From: Escherichia coli
Lineage (GTDB): Bacteria; Pseudomonadota; Gammaproteobacteria; Enterobacterales; Enterobacteriaceae
Length of the DNA stretch: 64,000 bases
Direction: 5' to 3' (one strand)
NCBI RefSeq assembly: GCF_030013205.1
Contig: NZ_CP122648.1
Shown here: positions 9,169 through 19,440 of the stretch, piece by piece
Layout: each line of letters opens with the position of its first letter
Numbering within the stretch: position 1 is the first letter of the stretch
Notes under the pieces: model-generated
Told to the model about the DNA's origin: nothing
Database searches by the model: none
Seen by the model: the letters and a program-made list of their open reading frames with translations, nothing else
Position numbers and translations under genes: made by a program

Positions 9169-12100
9169 TTACACCTCCACGCGGCCCAGCAGATAATGAT
9201 GATGCTGGTGGACATGGCTAATAATGCGGCACATATCGTTCAGCTCCGGTGGTACGTTATTGAACTGACCTTCGCTGTCGATGTTTAACACCCAGCTTTG
9301 GTTATTCAGACGCACTCGTACCCGGCAATCTTCCACAAGGAAGCCTGGGTTGCTGCTGTTATCAAAGTCTTGCGACAGGCTGAAGACGGTGATTTTGTCT
9401 TTGTATGGTTTACCGTTCCACGGACAGAACTGAGCGCAGTTGCCGCATTCGTTACAGTAAGCGTCGAGGTGCAGCGTCTGGAATCTATTCTGGAAGCCTG
9501 GGACCGCAATGGAGACGTTGGCGCGGTTCGGGCAGACATCCACACACTTGCTGCAAACGTAGTTACATTCAAGGCAGCGAGCAGCTTCCTGCGCGACAAA
9601 CGCATCACGATCGTCACTGTCTACCTGGGTGATAGAGATATCGCCTTTACGTTGATAGATTTCCGCCGGATTGACGTTGTTCCAGTATTTATCGTTCTGG
9701 TGGGAACGGATATTTTCCCGACTAAGGATGGCATCGGTCGCCCGACGCGCGGTTCCGATAGCAGCGACAATGGAGGATGGTCCGCGCTGTACGTCGCCGA
9801 TCATAAAGACGTCTGTCAGACGAGTTTCGCCATTATGGTCGACGTCTGGCCAGCCGTTTTTGTCCAGCGGTACGCCCATCGCATTCAGGGCTTCAGTATC
9901 CTGCTGTTCACCAATGGCGGTGATCAGGCTGTCTACATGCAGTGTTACTGTTTCGTTGGTTTCAACCGGACGGCGACGACCTTTCTCATCAGGTTCGCCA
10001 AGCGACATAACGCGCAAGGTTAAGGTGCCATCAGCATCGAAACGTTCCGGATTATTCAGGAAACGGAACTCCACGCCGTCGTGCAACGCTTCTTCATACT
10101 CTTCGCGCCATGCTGGCATCTCTTGCAGTGAACGACGGTAAACGACCGTTGCTTTTTCTACGCCTGGAACGCGTAACGCCGCACGAGCGCAGTCCATTGC
10201 CGTGTTACCCGCCCCGACAACGACCACATGTTTGCCCAGCTTGAGCGCTGTGCCCTTGTTGTATTCACGCAGGAAGGGGAGTGATTTCCAGACATTTTGG
10301 TTGTCGCCCGCCAGTTTCACACCGCTATTTTTATCAGTGCCGGTGGCAATCAGAACATAGTGGAAGCCCTGATTTTTTAACTGTTCAACGGTCAGATCGG
10401 GTGAGCAGCCATACTCAAATTTCACGCCGTGAGCGGCAACAAAATCAATATCGTGCTGAATTAACTCTGCAGGAATACGGAACTGAGGAATGATATTTTT
10501 CACCACGCCGCCCGCATTGGCTTCGCGTTCAAACAGCGTAACCGGATGGCCCGCTCTGGCAAGGAAGTAACCTGCTGCCAGACCCGCCGGACCTGCACCA
10601 ATCACGGCAACCGGATGGCGTGAACCAGAACCGGCTGGTTTGTGCCAGCGTTGCTTATATTCATCCCAACCTTTTTCCAGCGCGACTTTTTTCAGTTCGC
10701 GGATATTCAGCGCACTGTCGTAATCCAGGCGGGTACAGTTGTATTGGCACTGGTGATCGCAAATATGACCGGTAATGGCGGGCAGGGCGTTGCGTTGGTA
10801 GATGAGTTCCAGTGCGTCGGCATAGCGGTGTTCGCCAAGCAGACGGATGTATTCCGGAATATCCTGTTTAATGGCGCAAGCAGTAACGCACGGTGCAACG
10901 TAGCAGTCGGTCAGCGGCAGGTCTTCTGCCACTTCAATACGCTCTTCTGGCTTCCAGTGTTTCTGAGTGTATTCCATGGTTAACGCGTCTGCTGCCAGTT
11001 TGTTCAGGCGTTCGACGTCAACATGGTCAAGCCCCCAGGCGTCGGAGCCTTCCAGCTCGCGCATGCAGGCACTTAAGCGCAGATAGCCGCCAGGTTTCAG
11101 CAGGTCGGTTGCCATAGTGATAGGGCGAATACCAGTATCAAAAATATCGCGGATAGTCAGCTGACTGGCACCACCGGAATAAGAAATGGGCAGTTTGCCG
11201 TCAAAGGCGCGAGAGAGAACTGCTGCAACATTGATGGAGAGCGGGAACAGCGCACGGCCTGACATATACATCTCTTCACCAGGCAGTGCGCCTTTATTGT
11301 TGATGGTGCCGAGAGTGTTAGTCAGTTTTACGCCAAAGCCGAGTGATTTTTCTTTTGCCAGTACCATCAGGCGTTCCAGCATTTCCAGCGCTTGCGTCAG
11401 CTTGAGGTCGTGATCAAATGACTCTTCTTTTAAGCCTATGTAACCGAAACCGCAGACATCGAGGATCTCACGAACACGCGCGTACCCCAGTAAGGTCGGG
11501 TTGAGTTTCACAAAGGTATTGAGCCCTTTTTCTTCCAGCATGTAGCGGCAAATGGCTTCGATTTCATGCGGAGGACAGCCGTGCATGGTGGAGAGGGTGA
11601 CGCCCTGCACCATACTGGTGGGGATGCGAGCGGGTAAGGCTTGCAAGCTTTCGCGTTTTTCCTGCAATCCGTGGCGGGCTAAAAATGCGTCATCCTGGAG
11701 TAATTTATTCAGCGTATCGCGATATTGCGCGAATTTCGGATGGTCAGATGCGTCCATCATATTGTCGATGAACTGTTGCATCGGTGGTTGCTTAATACCT
11801 TCGAGGTTATAACCGACGCTCATATTAAAGATGAACGATTTACCGGAATCAGAAGGCTGGAACATCGCTTCGAGAAGGTGCAGGGCAAACCAGGCTTTGA
11901 GGTATTCATCCCAGGCTTTAAGCAGGGTAAATTCGGTAGACCATTCGGTGTTAAAGCACTCGTCTTCGGCATCGATACAGGGCTTTTCCAGCTCCAGGCG
12001 GTCAAGAATTTGGACGGTTTTTAGTTCGATGAAGCGCCCGCCAGTCAGCCAGGAAGTGACAATATTTTGCGCGAGCTGCGTGTGCGGGCCAGCGGCAGGG

Positions 12101-12267
12101 CCGACGGGAGTGGCACAGGTTTCACCGAAGACGCTAACAGTTTTACCTTTTACGGGTGAGTAAAACTGTTGCTCGGGAATACCAAAGATTGAGCGTTGTT
12201 GTTGGTATTCATCAAATATGCGCGTCAAAAGTTCCTCAAACGGAATGGGACGCATAATATCCCCCAT
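9169..12267 (-). CDS. ygfK: large Fe-S / pyridine-nucleotide-disulfide oxidoreductase YgfK (putative selenate reductase component)
   Basis: 1032-aa ORF. It has Rossmann motifs VAVIGAGPAGLAAGYF and VVVVGAGNTAMDCAR, and C-terminal 4Fe-4S ferredoxin cysteine clusters (CLECNYVCSKCVDVCP, CNECGNCAQFCP). Confidence 0.9.
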   Translation of the reverse strand: MGDIMRPIPFEELLTRIFDEYQQQRSIFGIPEQQFYSPVKGKTVSVFGETCATPVGPAAGPHTQLAQNIVTSWLTGGRFIELKTVQILDRLELEKPCIDAEDECFNTEWSTEFTLLKAWDEYLKAWFALHLLEAMFQPSDSGKSFIFNMSVGYNLEGIKQPPMQQFIDNMMDASDHPKFAQYRDTLNKLLQDDAFLARHGLQEKRESLQALPARIPTSMVQGVTLSTMHGCPPHEIEAICRYMLEEKGLNTFVKLNPTLLGYARVREILDVCGFGYIGLKEESFDHDLKLTQALEMLERLMVLAKEKSLGFGVKLTNTLGTINNKGALPGEEMYMSGRALFPLSINVAAVLSRAFDGKLPISYSGGASQLTIRDIFDTGIRPITMATDLLKPGGYLRLSACMRELEGSDAWGLDHVDVERLNKLAADALTMEYTQKHWKPEERIEVAEDLPLTDCYVAPCVTACAIKQDIPEYIRLLGEHRYADALELIYQRNALPAITGHICDHQCQYNCTRLDYDSALNIRELKKVALEKGWDEYKQRWHKPAGSGSRHPVAVIGAGPAGLAAGYFLARAGHPVTLFEREANAGGVVKNIIPQFRIPAELIQHDIDFVAAHGVKFEYGCSPDLTVEQLKNQGFHYVLIATGTDKNSGVKLAGDNQNVWKSLPFLREYNKGTALKLGKHVVVVGAGNTAMDCARAALRVPGVEKATVVYRRSLQEMPAWREEYEEALHDGVEFRFLNNPERFDADGTLTLRVMSLGEPDEKGRRRPVETNETVTLHVDSLITAIGEQQDTEALNAMGVPLDKNGWPDVDHNGETRLTDVFMIGDVQRGPSSIVAAIGTARRATDAILSRENIRSHQNDKYWNNVNPAEIYQRKGDISITQVDSDDRDAFVAQEAARCLECNYVCSKCVDVCPNRANVSIAVPGFQNRFQTLHLDAYCNECGNCAQFCPWNGKPYKDKITVFSLSQDFDNSSNPGFLVEDCRVRVRLNNQSWVLNIDSEGQFNNVPPELNDMCRIISHVHQHHHYLLGRVEV

Positions 12268-12348
12268 AACCCTCTCCTTAGCTTATACAGATATCATTGA
12301 GTGACCGGTGTTGAGAAATCCGGTGGTTTAGGGGGATAGAGCAACAAT

Positions 12349-12365
12349 CGCACCACTCTTGCCAG
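12349..12365 (-). promoter_or_regulatory. candidate sigma54 (-24/-12) promoter for ygfK-ssnA-ygfM-xdhD
   Basis: The minus strand reads CTGGCAAGAGTGGTGCG, which gives GG-N10-GC spacing against the consensus TGGCAC-N5-TTGC. It lies about 85-100 nt upstream of the ygfK ATG. A sigma54 activator gene (ygeV) is in the cluster. Confidence 0.5.
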
Positions 12366-12588
12366 GTTTGGCGGGAAATATAAAAAAATGTGAGGCGGCT
12401 CGAAACTTAAGGGCTTTTTGTGAATGAACTCACAGGTGCCAAATGAGAATTAAAATCACTCCTGAAAATTATTATTGCCAGCCCATTTATCACTTTTTCT
12501 CTTTTCTCAAAATCAGTGATTCCTTATCATTATGATAAAGAGTGCCGGAAGGATTAAATATTTGAACGCAATCGTTTAACTACGTTTT

Positions 12589-13167
12589 CTAAATTTCAGT
12601 ATACCTTTTCTTCGCTGTAATAAAGTCGTCAGGAGTATCAATATCTAAAATTATTTCTGCATTTTCTATTTCGACGGAATAATGATCTCCCATAAGGAGT
12701 GCCTGACGCATATTGGTGATATTGGGACGCTGGATTGCCTGCATCAGGCATGGCTTTGACACTAAAATCGGATGGCCGGGAATGCCATTATGGAGTGGCA
12801 GTATTGCGCCATCATTTCGTAACGACCAGATTTTTCTAAAAATCTCGATGGTGAGGGTAGGCATGTCACCGTGGGTGAGAAAACAATATTCTGTTTTTAC
12901 CGCGGGTACTGCGGCCTTTACTGATGTGAGTAAACCCTGCGCATAATCTGGGTTGTGAATAATAGTGATATTGCTCTGGTTCGCATAACGTTCGTGCAGT
13001 TCATTACCACGATAGCCGGTGACTAAAATAATTCGGCTACAAAACTGCAACGCATTTTTGATACTTGTATCAAGAATTGTTCCCTGTTGCCAGGGTAACA
13101 TCATTTTCCATTGCCCCATTCTTGATGATAATCCGGCAGCGGTAATTATACAGTCGATGGCTGACAT
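12589..13167 (-). CDS. mocA: molybdenum cofactor cytidylyltransferase
   Basis: 192-aa ORF with an N-terminal nucleotidyltransferase glycine-rich motif (ITAAGLSSRMG). Synteny matches ygfJ/mocA. Confidence 0.85.
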   Translation of the reverse strand: MSAIDCIITAAGLSSRMGQWKMMLPWQQGTILDTSIKNALQFCSRIILVTGYRGNELHERYANQSNITIIHNPDYAQGLLTSVKAAVPAVKTEYCFLTHGDMPTLTIEIFRKIWSLRNDGAILPLHNGIPGHPILVSKPCLMQAIQRPNITNMRQALLMGDHYSVEIENAEIILDIDTPDDFITAKKRYTEI

Positions 13168-13269
13168 AGTGGTTCCATTATTTATAGGGGCTAATAACGC
13201 CTGATAATTGCGTTACTTCCTGATGGATTAAGTTGGGGATAATTTATCCCAGAGAGGTCATAAAGACTC

Positions 13270-14040
13270 GTGAAAAGTATAGTTGACCCATCGGCATTAT
13301 TCATTGATTTAGGCGCGCAGAAACGTCCCACTGTGATTTCTGTTGTTGGGGCTGGGGGGAAAACCAGCTTGCTTTTTTGGCTGGCAGAACTGCTCCAGGC
13401 TAGCGGCAGGCGTGTGTTAATCACTACGACGACACATATGTTTATGCCAACGTCTCACTGGCCCGTGGTTTTCTGTCGTGATCCCGCCATGCTTCCTCAT
13501 GCGTCTCTTACATCCCCCATTTCATTTTGTTTTCACAGCTGGAAAGCGAACCAGGGAAAGGTGCAGGGATTTACGCCAGAAGCGATTGATGCACTGGTGC
13601 AACGACCAGAGTGTGACGTAATTCTCATTGAGGCAGATGGCTCGCGTGGAATGCCGTTAAAAGCGCCTGATGAGCACGAACCTTGCATACCTAAAAGCAG
13701 TTGCTGCGTGATTGCTGTGATGGGAGGACATATTTTGGGTGCAAAAGTGAGCACAGAAAATGTCCATCGCTGGTCGCAGTTTGCTGATATTACTGGGTTA
13801 ACACCTGATGCACCCTTGCAACTGAGCGATCTCGTTGCGCTGGTTCGCCACCCTCAGGGCGCGTTTAAAAACGTACCGCAAGGTTGTCGGCGAGTCTGGT
13901 TCATTAACCGTTTTTCTCAATGTGAGAATGCGATTGCGCAAAGCGAGCTCCTTCAACCGCTGCAACAACACAACGTAGAGGCAATCTGGCTGGGCGATAT
14001 ACAAGAACATCCTGCAATCGCGCGCAGATTTGTGAATTAG
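13270..14040 (+). CDS. yqeC: selenium-dependent molybdenum hydroxylase accessory protein YqeC
   Basis: 256-aa ORF with a GTG start and the P-loop-like motif VVGAGGKTS. It is paired with yqeB. Confidence 0.85.
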   Translation: MKSIVDPSALFIDLGAQKRPTVISVVGAGGKTSLLFWLAELLQASGRRVLITTTTHMFMPTSHWPVVFCRDPAMLPHASLTSPISFCFHSWKANQGKVQGFTPEAIDALVQRPECDVILIEADGSRGMPLKAPDEHEPCIPKSSCCVIAVMGGHILGAKVSTENVHRWSQFADITGLTPDAPLQLSDLVALVRHPQGAFKNVPQGCRRVWFINRFSQCENAIAQSELLQPLQQHNVEAIWLGDIQEHPAIARRFVN

Positions 14041-14087
14041 CGGCCCGGGTATTCCGGGTTACTGAAAGGATATCCATTGAGGTTGGT

Positions 14088-15713
14088 ATGAATATTTTCA
14101 CAGAGGCTGCAAAACTCGAAGAGCAAAATTGTCCGTTTGCGATGGCGCAAATTGTTGATAGCCGAGGCTCGACTCCCCGCCATTCTGCACAAATGTTAGT
14201 GCGCGCCGATGGCTCTATCGTCGGTACAATTGGTGGCGGAATGGTTGAGCGGAAGGTGATTGAAGAGTCGCTTCAGGCATTGCAGGAACGTAAGCCGCGA
14301 TTATTCCATGGACGTATGGCTCGTAACGGTGCGGATGCTGTCGGGTCAGATTGTGGAGGTGCAATGTCAGTATTTATCAGCGTCCATGGTATGCGTCCAC
14401 GTCTGGTGTTGATTGGCGCGGGGCATGTCAACCGGGCGATAGCCCAGAGTGCGGCGCTATTAGGATTTGATATTGCCGTTGCTGATATTTATCGCGAAAG
14501 CCTCAATCCTGAACTATTCCCACCATCAACCACGCTTCTCCATGCTGAGTCGTTTGGTGCGGCAGTGGAAGCACTGGATATTCGCCCTGATAATTTTGTC
14601 CTGATTGCCACGAATAATCAGGATCGTGAAGCCCTCGACAAACTCATTGAACAGCCCATTGCATGGTTGGGGTTGCTGGCAAGTCGTCGCAAGGTTCAGC
14701 TTTTCCTGCGTCAATTGCGTGAGAAAGGCGTGGCTGAAGAACATATTGCCCGTTTACATGCGCCTGTTGGTTACAACATAGGTGCGGAAACGCCGCAGGA
14801 GATCGCCATCAGCGTGCTGGCAGAAATATTACAGGTGAAAAATAACGCGCCGGGTGGGCTGATGATGAAACCTTCTCATCCTTCCGGACACCAGCTGGTG
14901 GTGATTCGCGGTGCGGGGGATATCGCCAGTGGTGTGGCGCTACGTCTGTATCATGCGGGTTTTAAAGTGATCATGCTGGAAGTGGAAAAACCGACAGTGA
15001 TTCGTTGTACCGTGGCGTTTGCCCAGGCCGTGTTCGATGGCGAAATGACGGTCGAAGGCGTCACTGCCCGCCTGGCAACCAGCTCTGCGGAAGCGATGAA
15101 ACTTACCGAACGCGGATTCATCCCTGTGATGGTAGATCCCGCCTGTTCATTGCTTGATGAACTGAAACCGCTTTGCGTGGTGGACGCTATTCTGGCGAAA
15201 CAGAATTTGGGGACGCGGGCAGATATGGCACCAGTAACAATCGCGCTTGGGCCGGGCTTTATTGCAGGGAAGGATTGTCATGCGGTAATTGAAACAAATC
15301 GCGGGCACTGGCTCGGTCAGGTGATTTACTCTGGTTGTGCGCAGGAGAATACCGGTGTTCCTGGCAATATTATGGGGCATACCACCCGACGGGTGATCCG
15401 TGCTCCTGCTGCAGGCATTATGCGATCCAACGTGAAATTAGGCGATCTGGTGAAAGAGGGCGATGTGATTGCCTGGATTGGTGAGCATGAAATTAAAGCA
15501 CCGTTGACGGGGATGGTGCGTGGCTTGTTGAACGACGGACTAGCAGTGGTCGGTGGTTTTAAAATTGGTGATATCGATCCTCGTGGTGAAACGGCTGATT
15601 TCACCAGCGTTTCTGATAAAGCCCGGGCAATTGGCGGCGGCGTACTTGAGGCGTTAATGATGTTGATGCATCAGGGCGTGAAAGCGACAAAAGAAGTGCT
15701 GGAAGTGGCTTAA
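14088..15713 (+). CDS. yqeB: XdhC/CoxI-family accessory protein YqeB
   Basis: 541-aa ORF. It has an XdhC-like N-terminus (AQIVDSRGSTPR) and a Rossmann-like central region (LVLIGAGHV). Confidence 0.85.
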   Translation: MNIFTEAAKLEEQNCPFAMAQIVDSRGSTPRHSAQMLVRADGSIVGTIGGGMVERKVIEESLQALQERKPRLFHGRMARNGADAVGSDCGGAMSVFISVHGMRPRLVLIGAGHVNRAIAQSAALLGFDIAVADIYRESLNPELFPPSTTLLHAESFGAAVEALDIRPDNFVLIATNNQDREALDKLIEQPIAWLGLLASRRKVQLFLRQLREKGVAEEHIARLHAPVGYNIGAETPQEIAISVLAEILQVKNNAPGGLMMKPSHPSGHQLVVIRGAGDIASGVALRLYHAGFKVIMLEVEKPTVIRCTVAFAQAVFDGEMTVEGVTARLATSSAEAMKLTERGFIPVMVDPACSLLDELKPLCVVDAILAKQNLGTRADMAPVTIALGPGFIAGKDCHAVIETNRGHWLGQVIYSGCAQENTGVPGNIMGHTTRRVIRAPAAGIMRSNVKLGDLVKEGDVIAWIGEHEIKAPLTGMVRGLLNDGLAVVGGFKIGDIDPRGETADFTSVSDKARAIGGGVLEALMMLMHQGVKATKEVLEVA

Positions 15714-15721
15714 ATGAAAAT

Positions 15722-15751
15722 GGCCGGATGGTATTACCCACCCGGCCTTTT
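15722..15751. terminator. bidirectional stem-loop between convergent yqeB and yqeA
   Basis: GGCCGG..(14 nt)..CCGGCC followed by TTTT, located between the two convergent stop codons. Confidence 0.6.
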
Positions 15752-15753
15752 AA

Positions 15754-16686
15754 TTACTGACAAATCACCGTTCCGGTTTTGCCTTCAATCCCTTCTTTCG
15801 CTTTGCTCAATACGGTAATCAGTGCTTCACGACCTGCGCGAGAGCGAGCAAACGAGGCGGCAGCTTCCACTTTAGGCAGCATAGAACCTTTCGCAAAATG
15901 ACCTTCTTCGATAAAGCGTTCAGCATCACTTAATGACAGGCGATCGAGCCACTGTTCATTCTCTTTACCGAAGTTAATGGCCACTTTTTCTACCGCAGTC
16001 AGAATGATCAGCATATCGGCATCAATCATTTCTGCTAAACGGGCGCTGGCCCAGTCTTTATCGATAACCGCACTGGCACCACGCAGGTGGTTACCTTCAC
16101 GAATAACAGGGATACCACCACCGCCAACGGTGATCACCACCTGGCCTGCATCTACCAACGCTTTAACCGTTTCTTTTTCAATGATATCAACCGGTTTTGG
16201 CGAGGCAACAACACGGCGATAGCCGCGACCAGCATCTTCTTTCAGGGTGTAACCCTGTTTTGTCAGTTGCTCTGCTTCTTGCTCGGTAAAGAATGAACCG
16301 ATCGGCTTGGTCGGGTTGAGGAATGCCGGGTCGTTAGCATCGACTTCGACCTGGGTAACCAGCGTTGCTACAGGTTTATTAATGCCACGAGAAAGCAGTT
16401 CTTCTCTTAATGCGTTTTGTAGATCGTAACCAATATAACCCTGGCTTAAGGCAACACAGATAGACATCGGCAGCATTGGCGAGTGCGCTTCAGTTTTTGC
16501 GGCAGCTTCAAAGGCCTGGTTAATCATGCCCACCTGTGGCCCGTTACCGTGAGTGACGATGACCTCATGTCCCTGGGCAATTAAATCAACAATTGCCTGA
16601 GAAGTAATTTTTACCGCTTTCATTTGCCCGGCCAGATCGTCGCCCAGCGCATTCCCGCCCAGGGCGAGAACAATTTTCTTACTCAT
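15754..16686 (-). CDS. yqeA: carbamate kinase-like protein
   Basis: 310-aa ORF with a typical carbamate-kinase N-terminus, MSKKIVLALGGNAL..THGNGPQVG. Confidence 0.9.
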   Translation of the reverse strand: MSKKIVLALGGNALGDDLAGQMKAVKITSQAIVDLIAQGHEVIVTHGNGPQVGMINQAFEAAAKTEAHSPMLPMSICVALSQGYIGYDLQNALREELLSRGINKPVATLVTQVEVDANDPAFLNPTKPIGSFFTEQEAEQLTKQGYTLKEDAGRGYRRVVASPKPVDIIEKETVKALVDAGQVVITVGGGGIPVIREGNHLRGASAVIDKDWASARLAEMIDADMLIILTAVEKVAINFGKENEQWLDRLSLSDAERFIEEGHFAKGSMLPKVEAAASFARSRAGREALITVLSKAKEGIEGKTGTVICQ

Positions 16687-16733
16687 TTTTCCTCACTCAT
16701 CATTCTTGATTGTGTATAGATCCCTGGCAGTGG

Positions 16734-18119
16734 TTAGAGCACGGGAGGGACAAACGGTTTGCGTCGCAGGAAACGACCTCGCCCGGCTTTGCCTGTAAAG
16801 GTGCCGTCACAGAAAATCGTTTCACCACGGGATAAAGTTCTGACAATCGCGCCCTGACAGGTAAAACCCTCCCATGGCGAATAGTCAGCGTTGTCGTGGA
16901 GATGGCGATGCTGAATTTGTTGGCTCTGACGTGGGTCGATAATCACCACGTCGCCATCGGAACCGGGCGCTAATAATCCTTTTTGCGGCCACAGGCCAAA
17001 CAGCCTGGCGGGCATCGCGCTGGTTAATTCAACAAAACGTTCCGGTGTTATACGTCCCGTCATTACGCCACTGGAAAACAGTAACTGCATGCGGTTTTCC
17101 ACACCGGGTAAGCCATTTGGGCAGCGACTGAAATCGCCTTTAGAAATTTGCAGGCGTTGAGCCATCGAGAACGTGCAGTGATCGGTCGCTACCACGTCAA
17201 TCGCACTATCGCTGATGCCACACCACAGTTTGTCCTGCTCGCGTACGTTACGCAGCGGTGGGCTAAGAATGAACTTCATGCCATCTTCTGTATCGTAACT
17301 GCGTTCGTCCAACAGGAGATATTGTGGGCAGGTTTCAACCCAGACTGGCTGGTGATTCGCACGGGCAAGACGCAGATAATCCAGACCTAAGCCGTTAGAC
17401 AGGTGCACGATATAGAGCGGGGCGTTACCGGCAATTTGTGCCAGGTTAATCATGCGGGCGATGGCTTCCGCTTCGCATTCCAGAGGGCGACTCAAGGCGT
17501 GATAGCGCGGCGCGGTTAACCCTGCGGCGATAAACTCCGCCCGCTTGCTGGCGATAGCTGCATCATTTTCCGGGTGCACGGTGGTCAGCGCGCCGGACTC
17601 ATGCAAGCGGCGTAACGCCTGCAAAACCTCGTCATCGTTGAGTTTGTATTGATAGGTTAAATAGAGTTTAAAACTGCTCAGTCCTTCTTCGACCATCATC
17701 GGGATTTCGTCGAGGATGGCGTGATTAATGTGCTGGATCACACCGTGAAAGCTGTAGTCGATGACCGCCTTATGGGCGGCATAACCACGATAAACCTCCA
17801 GTTGATGGCGTAACCGGCAGCCATTCGGGCCAAATCCCATATGGTCAATAATGGTTGTTGTACCGCCACACGCAGCTGCGCGGGTACCGGTAAAAAAATC
17901 ATCACAACTGCGCGCGATGCCGACATCAATATTGAAATGCGTATGGACATCCACGCCGCCAGGGAAAACGTAACAGCCAGTGGCATCAATTTCTTCATAC
18001 GGGAGCTGCGGCGAAATATTGGTGCCCAACTGGCGAACAATCCCGCTTTCAATCAGCAAATCCTGTTTGGCTTGTCCATCTGCGTTAACGACAGTGCCGT
18101 TTTTGATCAATACGCGCAT
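16734..18119 (-). CDS. hyuA: D-phenylhydantoinase / dihydropyrimidinase-like amidohydrolase
   Basis: ORF 16734..18131. I set the start at MRVLIKNGTVVNADG. It carries the cyclic-amidohydrolase metal motif GGVDVHTHF. Confidence 0.88.
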   Translation of the reverse strand: MRVLIKNGTVVNADGQAKQDLLIESGIVRQLGTNISPQLPYEEIDATGCYVFPGGVDVHTHFNIDVGIARSCDDFFTGTRAAACGGTTTIIDHMGFGPNGCRLRHQLEVYRGYAAHKAVIDYSFHGVIQHINHAILDEIPMMVEEGLSSFKLYLTYQYKLNDDEVLQALRRLHESGALTTVHPENDAAIASKRAEFIAAGLTAPRYHALSRPLECEAEAIARMINLAQIAGNAPLYIVHLSNGLGLDYLRLARANHQPVWVETCPQYLLLDERSYDTEDGMKFILSPPLRNVREQDKLWCGISDSAIDVVATDHCTFSMAQRLQISKGDFSRCPNGLPGVENRMQLLFSSGVMTGRITPERFVELTSAMPARLFGLWPQKGLLAPGSDGDVVIIDPRQSQQIQHRHLHDNADYSPWEGFTCQGAIVRTLSRGETIFCDGTFTGKAGRGRFLRRKPFVPPVL

Positions 18120-18171
18120 AGCAAACTCCAAAAACCCTCCGGCGAACCGGAGGGGAATAAGTGAAGAGTAA

Positions 18172-19383
18172 TTATTCGGTTGCCAGCCAGCTTAACGGGA
18201 TTGCCGCGTACATCGCGGCACAGGTCACCAGGTGAGATTTCCAGGTTTTTTCGTTAGGTGCATGCGCTTCAGGTTCTTTACCTGGGCCAAAGCCGATCAC
18301 CGGAATGCCGTGACGGCCCATAATAGATACGCCGTTAGTTGAGAAGGTCCACTTATCAACAACCGGCGCTTTGCCAAACAGACCTTCGTAGGCATTCACC
18401 AGTGCTTTAACGGTGAAGTGATCTTCTTCCACTTTCCAGGTCGGGAAGTAGCATTCGGTTGGGTAAACCAGGCCAGTCCAGGACGGACGGTCGTAGTTGT
18501 ACATAGAAACAACCGCGTTAGCTTTCTGTACTGCAGGCAGGGCGCGGATTTCGTCCAGCGCGCCTTCCCAGGTTTCGCCCCAGGTCAGACGGCGGTCAAT
18601 AGAGACGGCGCAGCTATCTGCTACAGCGCAACGGCTTGGGGATGTGAAGAAGATTTCAGAAACGGTGAGGGTGCCTTTGCCGAGGAATTCGTCATAACCC
18701 AGACGTTGGGAGAGTTCTTGTAATTCGCCAAGAATCGGACCCATTTTGAAAATGGCGTTGTCACCGCGTTCTGGTGCAGAACCGTGGCAGCTAACACCCT
18801 GAACATCAATACGAATTTCCATACGACCGCGCTGACCACGGTATACCTGGCAGTCGGTTGGTTCGGTACTGACCACAAATTCCGGGCGAATGCCGGATTG
18901 TTCAATAATGTACTGCCAGCACAGGCCGTCGCAGTCTTCTTCCTGCACAGTACCGGTAACCAGCAGGGTATATTCATCTTCCAGACCGAGGTCTTTAATG
19001 ATTTTACCGGCATAAACCATAGATGCCATGCCGCCTTCCTGGTCGGAAGTACCGCGACCACCGATCAGCTCATCAGTTTCCATGCCTTCGTACGGATCGA
19101 AGTCCCAGTTTTTGATGTTGCCAATGCCGACGGTATCGATATGAGCGTCCATTGCCACCAGACGCGGGCCGTGGCCGATATAACCGAGAACGTTGCCCAT
19201 CGGGGCGATTTCAACTTTATCGAAGCCGACTTTTTCCATCTCTTCTTTAATACGATGTACTACGCGTTTTTCGTCGCAGCTTTCACTGGGAATAGCAACC
19301 ATGTCGCGCAGGAAGCGAGTCATGTCCGCCTGGTAATCTTTTGCTTTTTCAAGAATCAGTTTGAATGGAATATTCTTAGCCAT
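18172..19383 (-). CDS. ygeY: M20-family peptidase/deacylase YgeY
   Basis: 403-aa ORF with an ArgE/DapE-like architecture (AHIDTV.. , [10 protein letters not shown]). Confidence 0.88.
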   Translation of the reverse strand: MAKNIPFKLILEKAKDYQADMTRFLRDMVAIPSESCDEKRVVHRIKEEMEKVGFDKVEIAPMGNVLGYIGHGPRLVAMDAHIDTVGIGNIKNWDFDPYEGMETDELIGGRGTSDQEGGMASMVYAGKIIKDLGLEDEYTLLVTGTVQEEDCDGLCWQYIIEQSGIRPEFVVSTEPTDCQVYRGQRGRMEIRIDVQGVSCHGSAPERGDNAIFKMGPILGELQELSQRLGYDEFLGKGTLTVSEIFFTSPSRCAVADSCAVSIDRRLTWGETWEGALDEIRALPAVQKANAVVSMYNYDRPSWTGLVYPTECYFPTWKVEEDHFTVKALVNAYEGLFGKAPVVDKWTFSTNGVSIMGRHGIPVIGFGPGKEPEAHAPNEKTWKSHLVTCAAMYAAIPLSWLATE

Positions 19384-19440
19384 TATTTTTCTCCAGATTT
19401 TTTACTCCCCGTTTTGCAGGGAGCAGTTCCAATAGGGTGA

